Source: a virus (taxonomy: Duplodnaviria; Caudoviricetes). From it: a stretch of DNA of 40,709 nt. Below, piece by piece: positions 27,100-36,148 of the stretch; position 1 is the stretch's first letter; the number at the start of each line of letters is the position of its first letter. The notes beneath the pieces were generated by a model. That model was not told where the DNA came from. It searched no databases and saw only the letters and a list, made by a program, of their open reading frames with translations. The position numbers and the translations under genes were made by a program. The stretch is taken from positions 1-40,709 of IMG/VR virus record IMGVR_UViG_3300027887_000005; one strand, given 5' to 3'.

Positions 27100-28801
27100 A
27101 GCTGCTATCCTTTGCTGCCTTTCTTTCTGTGCCGGGTAATGAAGTGGCCGGGGCCTTCATGGCCTGATCGGGGATAGGTGGGAGTCCTGGCACTGGGGCG
27201 GGAGGTTCCTCTGCAATATTTATTTTTTCTTTTTCGTAATTAAAATCAGTAACTCCTAGCTCTTTAGCGGCCAGTTCTGCAGCTCGCTCCTTAGATATCC
27301 ACCCCTCAGATTGTGCCAAGGCAAGGTCTTTAAATTTGGCAGAGCGATCAGAGGTTATTAATTCTGGAAAGGAAAATTCTAGTTTAACATCTGAAGGTAG
27401 ACCAAAAAGATCAAATAACTTTCTAGATAATCTTAAAAAGATGCGCTCATAATCCAATTGTCTAGACTCAAATACTTTGGTCACTGGTTCAGTGGCAACA
27501 ACTGACCCTGCTCTGGTTGCTTGATTAGAAAGGTGGGTTCCAAAATAGTTTACTGGAATACCATAACCAATGGCGATCATAGATAGGGCCCATTCAAAGG
27601 CCTGACTGCTACCTACTCCGGTGCCCTTTGCTTCTAACATCTCTCGCTTAATTCTAGCATTATGAACATACTCACTACCAGGAGGGGGTATAGTAGGGGC
27701 CTCAGCTTGGGATGAAATATATTTAGAAATGTCCTCATCAGCTCCCTCAATGGTTGTATCGATTGCCCAAGCAGACTGTTTTAAATCTTTTAACATGGTA
27801 TAATTAACGGCATCCCTTAGACGTTTCAAATAACCCAAGACGGGATATAAGTCTGAGCGCCCACGCTTCTCGTTAGAGACGCTATTTACTTTATAATGGG
27901 TAATATCATCGGCCAGAATATGTTGATAAATATACTTAGTCGCTGGCACCTTTGAATTAGTATAAATCTGCATCTGAGTAGGAAAAATCTGAACATAATG
28001 TAGGACTCTGGTAATATCTTCAGGATAAGTGACAATCTCCCAGATAGTAGTGGGGTCAATAAGTCTTGCTCTTGGCAATAGACCTCTAGGAATTTCATCT
28101 CTGTTTAGATTATAAGTCATCTTGGTGTGGGTTTTTGGCAACCAATACCACATGACCTCACCATTGAGTGATAGTTCAATGGACATTTGTTCAACTTGGT
28201 TAGTGAAATCATTGGTCTCGGTGAACATTTCCCATACGGCCATAGCAATTTTTGAAAGGGTAGGGTGTTTACAGTCAACCCGAAAACCCCTCCCCAGGGT
28301 GAATGTTTTCATACACTGAATAAGGCGTCTTGCTACCGGGTCATTGTTATAAGCATAGAACGCTTGATTGGCCTGCTTAACGTAGTCTAAATACCATAGG
28401 TTTTTAAATAGAGGTCCACCCAATAGCGGCACAAAATCAGCACCCACGAAATCAGGGGAGTCATAATCGTCAGCAAATGAAAACCAGTCTGCCCCTTCCC
28501 GAAATCTTACCTTGGGCATGGGTTTTTCTATCGACTCTAAGAACTGTTTGGTGTCTAGATTTTTCCTAATAACATAACCAGACTCTTTATTATAATGCAG
28601 AACGTCAGCCTCAACTATTGCCTTATCTGTTTTTAGGGCCTCAATGAGGGAGGGCATGGAGTCTATGGTTATGTTAGGGACATAGCACTTATCATTGTCA
28701 TACTTAGCATCAAAATCTTGGGCACGACGAATGGAGCGCAATCTATAGTCTGAGTCCTCGTGAAACTTATCTTTTACTCTTCTGTTAGCCACGATCCCCA
28801 C
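27086..28801 (-). CDS. Portal protein
   Basis: 571 aa in the head module; LSLNGE, ITHYK...RGRSDL..V and IAIGYGIP..YFG are portal motifs. Confidence 0.85.
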   Translation of the reverse strand: MGIVANRRVKDKFHEDSDYRLRSIRRAQDFDAKYDNDKCYVPNITIDSMPSLIEALKTDKAIVEADVLHYNKESGYVIRKNLDTKQFLESIEKPMPKVRFREGADWFSFADDYDSPDFVGADFVPLLGGPLFKNLWYLDYVKQANQAFYAYNNDPVARRLIQCMKTFTLGRGFRVDCKHPTLSKIAMAVWEMFTETNDFTNQVEQMSIELSLNGEVMWYWLPKTHTKMTYNLNRDEIPRGLLPRARLIDPTTIWEIVTYPEDITRVLHYVQIFPTQMQIYTNSKVPATKYIYQHILADDITHYKVNSVSNEKRGRSDLYPVLGYLKRLRDAVNYTMLKDLKQSAWAIDTTIEGADEDISKYISSQAEAPTIPPPGSEYVHNARIKREMLEAKGTGVGSSQAFEWALSMIAIGYGIPVNYFGTHLSNQATRAGSVVATEPVTKVFESRQLDYERIFLRLSRKLFDLFGLPSDVKLEFSFPELITSDRSAKFKDLALAQSEGWISKERAAELAAKELGVTDFNYEKEKINIAEEPPAPVPGLPPIPDQAMKAPATSLPGTERKAAKDSSYAVS

Positions 28802-29868
28802 TCCTTATAAATATCTTTACTTTCTATTTGGTCTTTTTCCGGGATAAACGGAACACTGCGACATCTACAATTAAACCCACTGGGAGCGACGGTGCCCTTA
28901 TCGTCAAAATCTTTCCATTCATGTTCAAGTTTATTTGCTATTTCAGTTGAGGTCAATCCATCTTTCGCTGCATGTTCTGGTCTGGTCTTTTCATCTAGCA
29001 CTGACACCCACATTAAATCCTTCACGCCCATATCGGCGGCAGCCTTTTCTTCTCCGTTTTTAATGGAGTCCAGATAGACCTGGGTGCTTTGTTGTTCAAT
29101 CTGCCAGTTGTAATATTCATCACTTGGGTGTTTATAGGATGGTAAACTTTCGCCTGGTCGATAATAACGAAAGTGTCTTGATAGTTCATCGGGAACGTCC
29201 AATAAAACTTCCCGGTTCATATATTCTCTTAAAACCCTATTCCACTCCATATCAGACATTTCATCGGTGGTCATGCTAAGACCGGCAGTTTTTCCCCTAA
29301 CCAGTCGCCCATCGACTGCCTCAATAGCTCTAATGTTTTTAAGAACCCTTTTGGGCATAATGGTTTCTGGTAACAATTTAAGGAGGCGCATCTTTAATTC
29401 TTCACTACCCTCCTCGCCCACATAGGCCCGTTCTATTTCTTGATTTATTTTATTCACTAATGCCTGAACACTAATAGACACCTTATCAAATAAACTCTTA
29501 TCATATTCTGGTCTCCAATCCTTAATAGTCGCTAGCTTACCATTCATTCTAGCAATTCCCTCAAGCCCGGAAGCATAGGAAAGTTTGGTCACAATATTGA
29601 TTGTATAAGTAATAATGGCAGACAAGTCCTCGGTTAAGTGGGGAACTAAACTATTAAAATAACTCTTTAAACCAAAGATCAGATGTCTTGAGGCGGTGGT
29701 GAACCAGGTATGTTTTCCCATGGTATTATAAGATAAAACGGCCTGATTAAGGGCCTCATCAAAGAACTCTTTAATGCGTAGGGAGAGGCGATAATTCATT
29801 TTAATGCGAAACCGCTCTAGGGTTTGGTCACGCTCTGAGATAAACTTTTTATATTCTCTACTTAGCAT
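28774..29868 (-). CDS. Minor head protein (MuF/SPP1 gp7 family)
   Basis: C-terminal W.SVLDEKTRPEH...DG...P.GFNCRC signature. Confidence 0.85.
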   Translation of the reverse strand: MLSREYKKFISERDQTLERFRIKMNYRLSLRIKEFFDEALNQAVLSYNTMGKHTWFTTASRHLIFGLKSYFNSLVPHLTEDLSAIITYTINIVTKLSYASGLEGIARMNGKLATIKDWRPEYDKSLFDKVSISVQALVNKINQEIERAYVGEEGSEELKMRLLKLLPETIMPKRVLKNIRAIEAVDGRLVRGKTAGLSMTTDEMSDMEWNRVLREYMNREVLLDVPDELSRHFRYYRPGESLPSYKHPSDEYYNWQIEQQSTQVYLDSIKNGEEKAAADMGVKDLMWVSVLDEKTRPEHAAKDGLTSTEIANKLEHEWKDFDDKGTVAPSGFNCRCRSVPFIPEKDQIESKDIYKEWGSWLTEE

Positions 29869-31289
29869 TATTTCCTCAGAATAACATGCAAACCAAATGA
29901 CCCTTGAGAAATATGCTCACGCATAAAGATTAGGGCCTGAGAGGTAGCGTCTACACAATCATCATGGGGCATAAAAGGGAACCCTGTCAATTCTTCAATG
30001 TATAAATCTAACCATGGGGCATTTTCTGGTAAATAAACATTGCCGGCCTCAAATGCCGGGGCCACGGAATTAAAGCGACTATCCTTTGAGTCTTTTGGGG
30101 AAAAGGGAATGATGCCAAAAATCTCAGTCTTAAGAGAGTCTATAACGGCCTGGCCATTTGCCTTATCCTCTACTAATTTGGCGTGAGCTTTGGGGTGCTT
30201 TAAACAAAATTGTCGCATGGCCCTAATGGTAGTAGGAAAATCCATTCGATCTCTCACCATATCTATTAAATAGAACTCGGCCCCTCTTCTCCCCCATAAC
30301 TGGCCTACCACATAGTCAGAGTGTTCGGACTCTTTAAATGCCATATCCCAAGACATAATTGTTTCATTAAAGTGACCAGGTAGTTCTCTATAATATTTAA
30401 TCCACCCACGCTTGACGATACTGCCGCCCTCAATGCTTGGCGACTGCTGATAGAGGGCATCAAACATTCTGGAACCTAGGGCCTTTTTAAAATCTAATAG
30501 CTGCTCAATGGGATATCGCTCTGGGTGTAAGGCCTCTCCTTCTTTTCTATATTGGTCATCTTCACTTGCGATGGCCCTAAACTTTATAACTCTCCACTTA
30601 TCTTTTTCCCTATCTACCAACCTTCCTATCAAATCATCAAAATGCCATCGGGTAGCAATAATAGCAATACCAGATTTAGTTGATCGCCTAGTGTAAAAAG
30701 TAGACTTAAACCAATCATCTATTTTCTCTCTTACCACTTGGGAGTGCGCCTCTTCTGAGTTTTTAATATAGTCATCAATAATCCCTATATCGTACCCCAT
30801 CCCAGTAATACCACCGCCTACGCCAGATGAACGATAGCTTCCTCTTCTACCAGCAACCTCGAAAATAGAACTATTCCTAAGCGGTATTCCGGACAAAGAA
30901 ACAACCCTCTTGTTTCCTATGGGTGTTTCTGGGAAAATATTTTCGTATTTGGGTGACTCCATAATTCTTTGGACGTCTCTATTTATTCTAGAGCTTAAGT
31001 CATCCGAATAAGAGCAAGCTATAATATTGGTGTCTGGGTTGTGGCCTAATGCCCAGGCAGGAAAATAACGAGAAACTATCTCTGATTTTCCGTGCCTTGG
31101 TGGGGCCATAATAAGGAGGTGGGGAGATTGCCCCGCTTCTGTTTGATAATAGAAACTTTCTAGTTCACGGCAAAGCATCTCGTGAAACCAATTAGATTTA
31201 TAATCGTGATGAAGTAGGTGAATAAATTGAAGCAAACTTTTACGTCCTAACTGCCTATCAACTAGCTTCTCGTCTATAGGCGAAATCAT
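29868..31289 (-). CDS. terL: Terminase large subunit
   Basis: Walker A PPRHGKS, Walker B IGIIDD, TRWH, ALYQQSP, and nuclease motifs SWD, EDKANG and HDDCVDA. Confidence 0.96.
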   Translation of the reverse strand: MISPIDEKLVDRQLGRKSLLQFIHLLHHDYKSNWFHEMLCRELESFYYQTEAGQSPHLLIMAPPRHGKSEIVSRYFPAWALGHNPDTNIIACSYSDDLSSRINRDVQRIMESPKYENIFPETPIGNKRVVSLSGIPLRNSSIFEVAGRRGSYRSSGVGGGITGMGYDIGIIDDYIKNSEEAHSQVVREKIDDWFKSTFYTRRSTKSGIAIIATRWHFDDLIGRLVDREKDKWRVIKFRAIASEDDQYRKEGEALHPERYPIEQLLDFKKALGSRMFDALYQQSPSIEGGSIVKRGWIKYYRELPGHFNETIMSWDMAFKESEHSDYVVGQLWGRRGAEFYLIDMVRDRMDFPTTIRAMRQFCLKHPKAHAKLVEDKANGQAVIDSLKTEIFGIIPFSPKDSKDSRFNSVAPAFEAGNVYLPENAPWLDLYIEELTGFPFMPHDDCVDATSQALIFMREHISQGSFGLHVILRK

Positions 31290-31726
31290 TTTGCCTTCTC
31301 TATCAATTCCTTAAGCGTAAGTAATTCTTCAACTGAAAGTTTAGAATAATCATTGGTAACTGTAACGTCACTATCGACCTTGCCGGTGTGCTCAACCTTC
31401 AATGTCTTTGCTCCGTCAATCTCGTTTAATTCTCTCGCCAAGGCAACGGCGCAGGGATGCTGGTTCAATTTTAGCATTTTTCGATATAACCTAGCAGTCC
31501 TAAGCCTTGCCCTGGCATACCTTCTCTTGGCATTAGACTCTAGGTATTTTTCAAAGTCTGCATTTATGTCTGACAAGTAGCGTCTAGTTTGTCGTTCGCT
31601 TAATCCCCAATGCTCTGACGCATATTGACATATTTTTTCAGTGGTTTCCTCGTCGCCCAACAACCCAGAAATTATAGTTTTTCTTTCTAAGTATTCCTTT
31701 TTAGTAGCTTTAATTTTGTGGGCCAT
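31286..31726 (-). CDS. terS: Terminase small subunit
   Basis: HTH-like WGLSERQTRRY and C-terminal KVEHTG...DYSKLS.EEL; directly upstream of terL. Confidence 0.75.
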   Translation of the reverse strand: MAHKIKATKKEYLERKTIISGLLGDEETTEKICQYASEHWGLSERQTRRYLSDINADFEKYLESNAKRRYARARLRTARLYRKMLKLNQHPCAVALARELNEIDGAKTLKVEHTGKVDSDVTVTNDYSKLSVEELLTLKELIEKAK

Positions 31727-33363
31727 TAAATTTCCTTATCTTCGCTATATTCTTGCAAAAAATCATCAATCGTTATTTCGCCACACGCTTGCGCTGCCTT
31801 TTTTCCATCGCCCTTTACAAATACCAATACATTTTGATGTGTCTTGCCAAGTTTTCGGCTAGCACTAAACACACGCCCGGCCCTAATGGGCAAGCTACCT
31901 ACGGCGGTAACAAGTATCGCCTCGTTGTAATAATTTAGGCCGGCCTCTTTAAATGCCTGGATGGTATCGCCAACAAAATTATAATAGTTGCCATTTTTGC
32001 CCCGCACCTCGCCAACTACCCAACAAGCAAAGCGGTCGTCTTTTAAAAGGGAGCAAGTTTCTTTAATTATTGTTTTATAGCTAACAAGGAATTTCTCATA
32101 TGGCATATTGCTAATATCCCTTGGGTCGTTGCTATAAATTTCAAGGTCGGCATAGGGCGGGCACGAGAATATTAAATCCGCTTGCATATCGGCACATATA
32201 GTTTTTATGTCGATGCTGTCGCCGCAATGCCATGTTGGTTTTGGATCGCCGCAAATATCCTCGCCTTGCTGCTTGTTAGCGTCTACTTGTTCTTGGCGCA
32301 ACTCCACTCCCACATATTTACGGCCAAGCTTACTCGCTACAATTCCGCGTACACTGCCGCCCGCAAATGGGTCCAGTATTGTGCCGCCTACAGGAGAAAA
32401 CCAGCGGTAAGAAAGTTCAGTAAGCACGGGATCGAAAATACTGATGCCCGCTTCCCCGGTTTCTGTTTTTACCGGCTGCATATCATATTCATAACGCTTA
32501 GCGTACTTTTTATCATTCCCCCCCATTAATTGCTGACCGCATAGAACCCCTCTCTCTCTCTCGGATGCCACTCGCCCCGCATTATGTCCTGGCCTAGAAA
32601 TCTTTTTTTCATATCGTTCGTGCCTTACTTTTGGGTCGTTATTCATTGCATATTTAGGCATATTTTCCGTTTCTCTTTGGGATGTCTTTTTGGTTAGGCG
32701 GAATTGATCCAAGCGTTCCTGGCTTTTGAAACTCGCTACTTGTTGCCCCCCCCCACGACCAAGCTCGCTCTGTATCCCCATCGCAATCCATTGGCGCTTG
32801 CGATCCTGCCACCAACCTTCACGGGCATTTAGAACACTAAAGGGCGGTATTAAGAACTTGTCCGCCATGCTAGGCGATATTGCACCATCTCCATTGCCGC
32901 TACTGTTTGGCAACTCTAAACCAATATCGAAATTTTCATTTATATAATCGTAATCCCACCCTGTATCTACCATAAACTCATCAAGACCTTCCGGCGTTAT
33001 TTTGGCATAATGAGAAGTGACCGCTAAAAGCTTTCTTTTTGCTTCAATTTTATCTTTGGCGTGTATCTTGTGAATGGGGAAAAGATCGGGAAAATTATAG
33101 CCTTCGTTTTCCATTTTCTTCACGGCAAGCTTACGATGGGTTCCGTCTAATACCTCTAATATCCCATCGTGTGCCCATACAAAGAATGGGAAGCTGAAAC
33201 CTAGTTCCACCATTTGTTTTTTTAATTTATTATAATTTTCCTCAGATAGTGTTTTTAAATTCCCCTGAAGGATTACCAGGTCATCAATCTTGGCGGAGTC
33301 GTGAATATCGCACGTTATGGGTATTGAAATAGGGCCTGTCATATCTATCGTTATATTTTCCAT
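31726..33363 (-). CDS. ParB-like N-terminal domain fused to an amino (N6/N4) DNA methyltransferase
   Basis: ParB-like LDGTHR; PPFSVL...WQDRK..W; motif I LDPFAGG; motif IV CPPY. Start moved to MENIT, since the ORF-track N-terminus is AT-rich promoter sequence. Confidence 0.88.
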   Translation of the reverse strand: MENITIDMTGPISIPITCDIHDSAKIDDLVILQGNLKTLSEENYNKLKKQMVELGFSFPFFVWAHDGILEVLDGTHRKLAVKKMENEGYNFPDLFPIHKIHAKDKIEAKRKLLAVTSHYAKITPEGLDEFMVDTGWDYDYINENFDIGLELPNSSGNGDGAISPSMADKFLIPPFSVLNAREGWWQDRKRQWIAMGIQSELGRGGGQQVASFKSQERLDQFRLTKKTSQRETENMPKYAMNNDPKVRHERYEKKISRPGHNAGRVASERERGVLCGQQLMGGNDKKYAKRYEYDMQPVKTETGEAGISIFDPVLTELSYRWFSPVGGTILDPFAGGSVRGIVASKLGRKYVGVELRQEQVDANKQQGEDICGDPKPTWHCGDSIDIKTICADMQADLIFSCPPYADLEIYSNDPRDISNMPYEKFLVSYKTIIKETCSLLKDDRFACWVVGEVRGKNGNYYNFVGDTIQAFKEAGLNYYNEAILVTAVGSLPIRAGRVFSASRKLGKTHQNVLVFVKGDGKKAAQACGEITIDDFLQEYSEDKEI

Positions 33364-33369
33364 AACCCA

Positions 33370-33399
33370 ATAATAACCGGCCCTACGCCATGTAGGCAA
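33370..33399 (-). promoter_or_regulatory. Putative promoter of the late/packaging operon
   Basis: TTGCCT-18 nt-TATTAT, ATG 6 nt downstream; CCTAC-N5-GTAGG inverted repeat at 33382-33396. Confidence 0.45.
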
Positions 33400-33419
33400 C
33401 CCATATATAAGGAACAAGC

Positions 33420-33514
33420 AATGTAAATAAATTTTATATATAATATTTTGTCTATAATTATATATACATACAATAATAATATATATATACAATATATATT
33501 AAATATGCTATAAT
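33420..33514 (+). promoter_or_regulatory. AT-rich region with extended -10 promoter
   Basis: TGCTATAAT at 33506-33514, upstream of the plus-strand operon. Confidence 0.65.
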
Positions 33515-33544
33515 AGGGGAATAGCTAAGAACTTAGGAGGTTTT

Positions 33545-33874
33545 ATGAAAAGGAAAGTTAAAAGAGAAACCCTTAAAATTGTTTTTACTAGTGACCAGGA
33601 TAAGAAGAGCTTTATTGTTATAGAAAAACCAGAGGGATTTTGGGTTAATGCGGAATATGGCCGCAGAGCAGAGCTTAGCTCTGGCAACAAGGTAACACTT
33701 TCCCAGTTTTTGAATACAAATAACGGCACGATTATTGGTGCCATAGAAAAAATGAATGATAAGCAAAGGGCAAAGTTTTTTTTAGAGTTAGGATGCCTGT
33801 TCGCCAAAAAAGCGGAAATGTGGAGAGAATGGATGGTGAAAAGATATCCACAAATTATGCCATCACGAGACTAA
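33545..33874 (+). CDS. Hypothetical early protein
   Basis: AGGAGG RBS; 109 aa. Confidence 0.75.
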   Translation: MKRKVKRETLKIVFTSDQDKKSFIVIEKPEGFWVNAEYGRRAELSSGNKVTLSQFLNTNNGTIIGAIEKMNDKQRAKFFLELGCLFAKKAEMWREWMVKRYPQIMPSRD

Positions 33875-33883
33875 GGAGGATTT

Positions 33884-34096
33884 ATGACACCAAAACAAGC
33901 TAGATTAATTGCTAGAGATTTTATAGATGAGGTTTCAACGGCCAGCGACTTAAGCGAGCTAATGGCAATTATAACCCTATTTGAGGAGATAGATAGTAAG
34001 GACATGCTTTGTTTGCTTCAAAATGCCCTAAGTAATGAGTTTGATATAGCTGGTCTGATTGAAGAAACCGCCAATGCTGACAAGGAGGAACTATGA
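33884..34096 (+). CDS. Small acidic hypothetical protein
   Basis: TAAGGAGG RBS; 70 aa, D/E-rich. Confidence 0.75.
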   Translation: MTPKQARLIARDFIDEVSTASDLSELMAIITLFEEIDSKDMLCLLQNALSNEFDIAGLIEETANADKEEL

Positions 34097-34437
34097 ATAG
34101 GACTCAACAGATTATAGCAAATCTTAGGTCTCAAATAAGACAATTAAAGGGCGAGTTAGAAACGTGGTTTGACCCGGAATACATAGATGAGAGGATATCT
34201 AAATGGGAACCCTTTGATGCCGCCCTATACGAATATTTTGATACTAAATACGAGAAAGTTACTGGTGGTTGCAAGAGCACTACCTTCTGCGATGAACCAA
34301 AGATTAAGGAAATTCTTGATCAAATAGAAGAGTGCCACCATACTATTAATGAGCTTGGCAAGTTAATGAACGACTCCAGGGACTTACAAAATTTAAAAGA
34401 TACGCTTAAGTTTTTTAAGGTATTCCTTTCTAACTAA
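34093..34437 (+). CDS. Hypothetical helical protein
   Basis: AAGGAGG RBS; ATGA coupling. Confidence 0.75.
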   Translation: MNRTQQIIANLRSQIRQLKGELETWFDPEYIDERISKWEPFDAALYEYFDTKYEKVTGGCKSTTFCDEPKIKEILDQIEECHHTINELGKLMNDSRDLQNLKDTLKFFKVFLSN

Positions 34438-34446
34438 GGAGGATTT

Positions 34447-34611
34447 ATGAAGCCTAAAATTACGCCCTTTATTTTAACTGATGCTGAAAGGGATTTTATA
34501 GCTGCTAAGGGGTTTGGTAATATGACCATAGGCCTTAAATTCCTCCTTAAAGAAGCCGGTTTTGATGCCCAGTCTGAACCTACGCCTCCCAGGAAACCCA
34601 AGAAAAAATAA
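34447..34611 (+). CDS. Small protein, possibly ribbon-helix-helix DNA-binding (54 aa, not in ORF track)
   Basis: TAAGGAGG RBS; MKPKITPFILTDAERDFIAAKGFGNMTIGLKFLLKEAGFDAQSEPTPPRKPKKK*. Confidence 0.7.
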   Translation: MKPKITPFILTDAERDFIAAKGFGNMTIGLKFLLKEAGFDAQSEPTPPRKPKKK

Positions 34612-34824
34612 CTACTTTTTTAGGCCTATTCCCAAGTCTTTAAACTTGATCTGGGAATAGGTCTCGACCAGTTTTGAAGCTACACCCATAGGCCAGGGGC
34701 GCTTCCTTACAATATAATTATAAAGAGTCATGTAGCCTATGCCTAGATTTAGGGCGAGCTGCCTTTTATTGATGGCCAGTTCTTTGAATTTCTTTTGTAG
34801 TGTTTTCGAGCCTCGGGGTATCAT
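34612..34824 (-). CDS. Cro/XRE-like helix-turn-helix regulator
   Basis: NKRQLALNLGIGYMTLYNYI..KR HTH pattern; 70 aa. Confidence 0.8.
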   Translation of the reverse strand: MIPRGSKTLQKKFKELAINKRQLALNLGIGYMTLYNYIVRKRPWPMGVASKLVETYSQIKFKDLGIGLKK

Positions 34825-35311
34825 TTTCTTCTCTCGTTAATAGCCGTATATCCCTTTTTATTTCGGGGTTTCTTTTAATCTGGGACACTATAACATCTCG
34901 CAGGTGGGCCCGTAAATTAGGGATTTGGTTATAAGTAGTGGTTATAAATGTATGCAATCCTATAAATTTCTCTATAATATTATATCCAGACTCCCCTAGC
35001 TTCCCTTTACAATCCCCTAGGTCATCCATGTTTAGGTGGGGAATTTGCTTGGTAAGGAAGGCGGCAAGCTCAGTCGCTAGCTCCTCCGGGGTTTCCCCAT
35101 TATCTCCGTGGAGAGTTTTAATAAAAAAGGATATAGGAGGAAATCCCTTCTCTTCACTTATCCACTTTATGCAGGCCTGCCTGATTTTCTCTTCGGGGAA
35201 CCCGCCCAAGATTTCAGTGAAGGTAATGAGGCGCTCTTGGGGTTCTTCGGTGCCGACAACTAAGGCCAGCTTCCTTAGATGCTCAAAGATTTTTTCCTTA
35301 TTTTGGTGCAT
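34766..35311 (-). CDS. Putative helicase loader (lambda P-like position, DUF6475-like)
   Basis: L..FPEEKIRQAC.KWI...GFPPIS N-terminal motif; directly downstream of the initiator-like gene. Confidence 0.6.
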   Translation of the reverse strand: MHQNKEKIFEHLRKLALVVGTEEPQERLITFTEILGGFPEEKIRQACIKWISEEKGFPPISFFIKTLHGDNGETPEELATELAAFLTKQIPHLNMDDLGDCKGKLGESGYNIIEKFIGLHTFITTTYNQIPNLRAHLRDVIVSQIKRNPEIKRDIRLLTREENDTPRLENTTKEIQRTGHQ

Positions 35312-35753
35312 AGGGGTTTTTCATCCTTAAGTTCTCTCTTACCCCGATCTGTTTAAAGGTCAGCTTCTCGTTGTCAACCCTTACCCCGGTCGCCATTTCC
35401 TTGACCAGAATATTGATGTCCTTTAGGCAGATATCTAGCGGGTGACACCTTCCAAAATAAAACTTATTGTCGCTAGATAGATAGTGTTTGATTAAATTGT
35501 CTGCCATCTCAATTCCTACACTATCTTTGATCTTTTTAAGTATAGCATTGCTTTTAGCGTTGCGGCAAGGTTTTGTTCCGTGGACTGTTTCGTATTCCTT
35601 TGAATAGGTCAACCAGAGGTCTATTTTTTCTATTACCTTTGGTTTTTTAGTGGAAGCAATAGCGGCCTCCCAGACTATTTTGGCCGTTTCTTTCCCTATT
35701 CCCGTTGAGTGTAACCCTAGCTCCGCAGACCACCACCTTTCAAAATCTTCCAT
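35298..35753 (-). CDS. Replication initiator (O-like) C-terminal domain protein
   Basis: W..Y...Y...HG.KP.RNAK.N...FY...HPL...L.D...L...ATG matches the C-terminal domain I recall from proteobacterial prophage initiators. Start at MEDF. Confidence 0.6.
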   Translation of the reverse strand: MEDFERWWSAELGLHSTGIGKETAKIVWEAAIASTKKPKVIEKIDLWLTYSKEYETVHGTKPCRNAKSNAILKKIKDSVGIEMADNLIKHYLSSDNKFYFGRCHPLDICLKDINILVKEMATGVRVDNEKLTFKQIGVRENLRMKNPYAPK

Positions 35754-35980
35754 TATTCCTTTCCCTTGAAATATTCCCCGAGTATTGCACAAATATTCTT
35801 TAAAATCTTATTTGGGTAATCTATTTCCCAAGCTGCCTTGCTAAGTTCCTCCAATGCCGCCTCGGCCTTTCCTAGCTTGTAAGACAAAGCAGAAATCTCT
35901 AGTGCCATTTGGTAGAGACTTTTTTCCCCGGTTTCGACCACTTTAAATTTCTCAAACTCGTTTTCAAACGACATAATCAA
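35753..35980 (-). CDS. Hypothetical protein
   Basis: Helical ORF coupled to the next gene (TAATG). Confidence 0.6.
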   Translation of the reverse strand: MIMSFENEFEKFKVVETGEKSLYQMALEISALSYKLGKAEAALEELSKAAWEIDYPNKILKNICAILGEYFKGKE

Positions 35981-35982
35981 TA

Positions 35983-36135
35983 TTATCTTTTATATCTAAA
36001 ATAAGTCGGCAAGGCATTTTGACTTACCTCTAAAATTATCGGGTCACACCTAGGAATAATAACCGACGCAGCTCCAAAGTGGTGGCCCACTAAATAGGTT
36101 ACTGTCAAAATCAATCCGAATACAAATGTTTTCAT
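35983..36135 (-). CDS. Small hydrophobic (membrane/secreted) protein (50 aa, not in ORF track)
   Basis: GGAGG RBS; MKTFVFGLILTVTYLVGHHFGAASVIIPRCDPIILEVSQNALPTYFRYKR*. Confidence 0.55.
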   Translation of the reverse strand: MKTFVFGLILTVTYLVGHHFGAASVIIPRCDPIILEVSQNALPTYFRYKR

Positions 36136-36148
36136 TTTAATGCCCCTC

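Noticed and set aside
8795-32947. Numerous plus-strand ORFs antisense to structural genes (e.g. 25338-25913, 18305-18598, 24493-24792)
   Set aside because: They are shadows of minus-strand genes, with no RBS or protein-like features.
33364-33492. N-terminal 43 aa of the 588-aa ORF
   Set aside because: It is translated AT-rich promoter sequence (MYIYIIIVCIY...); the ATG at 33363 is the more plausible start.
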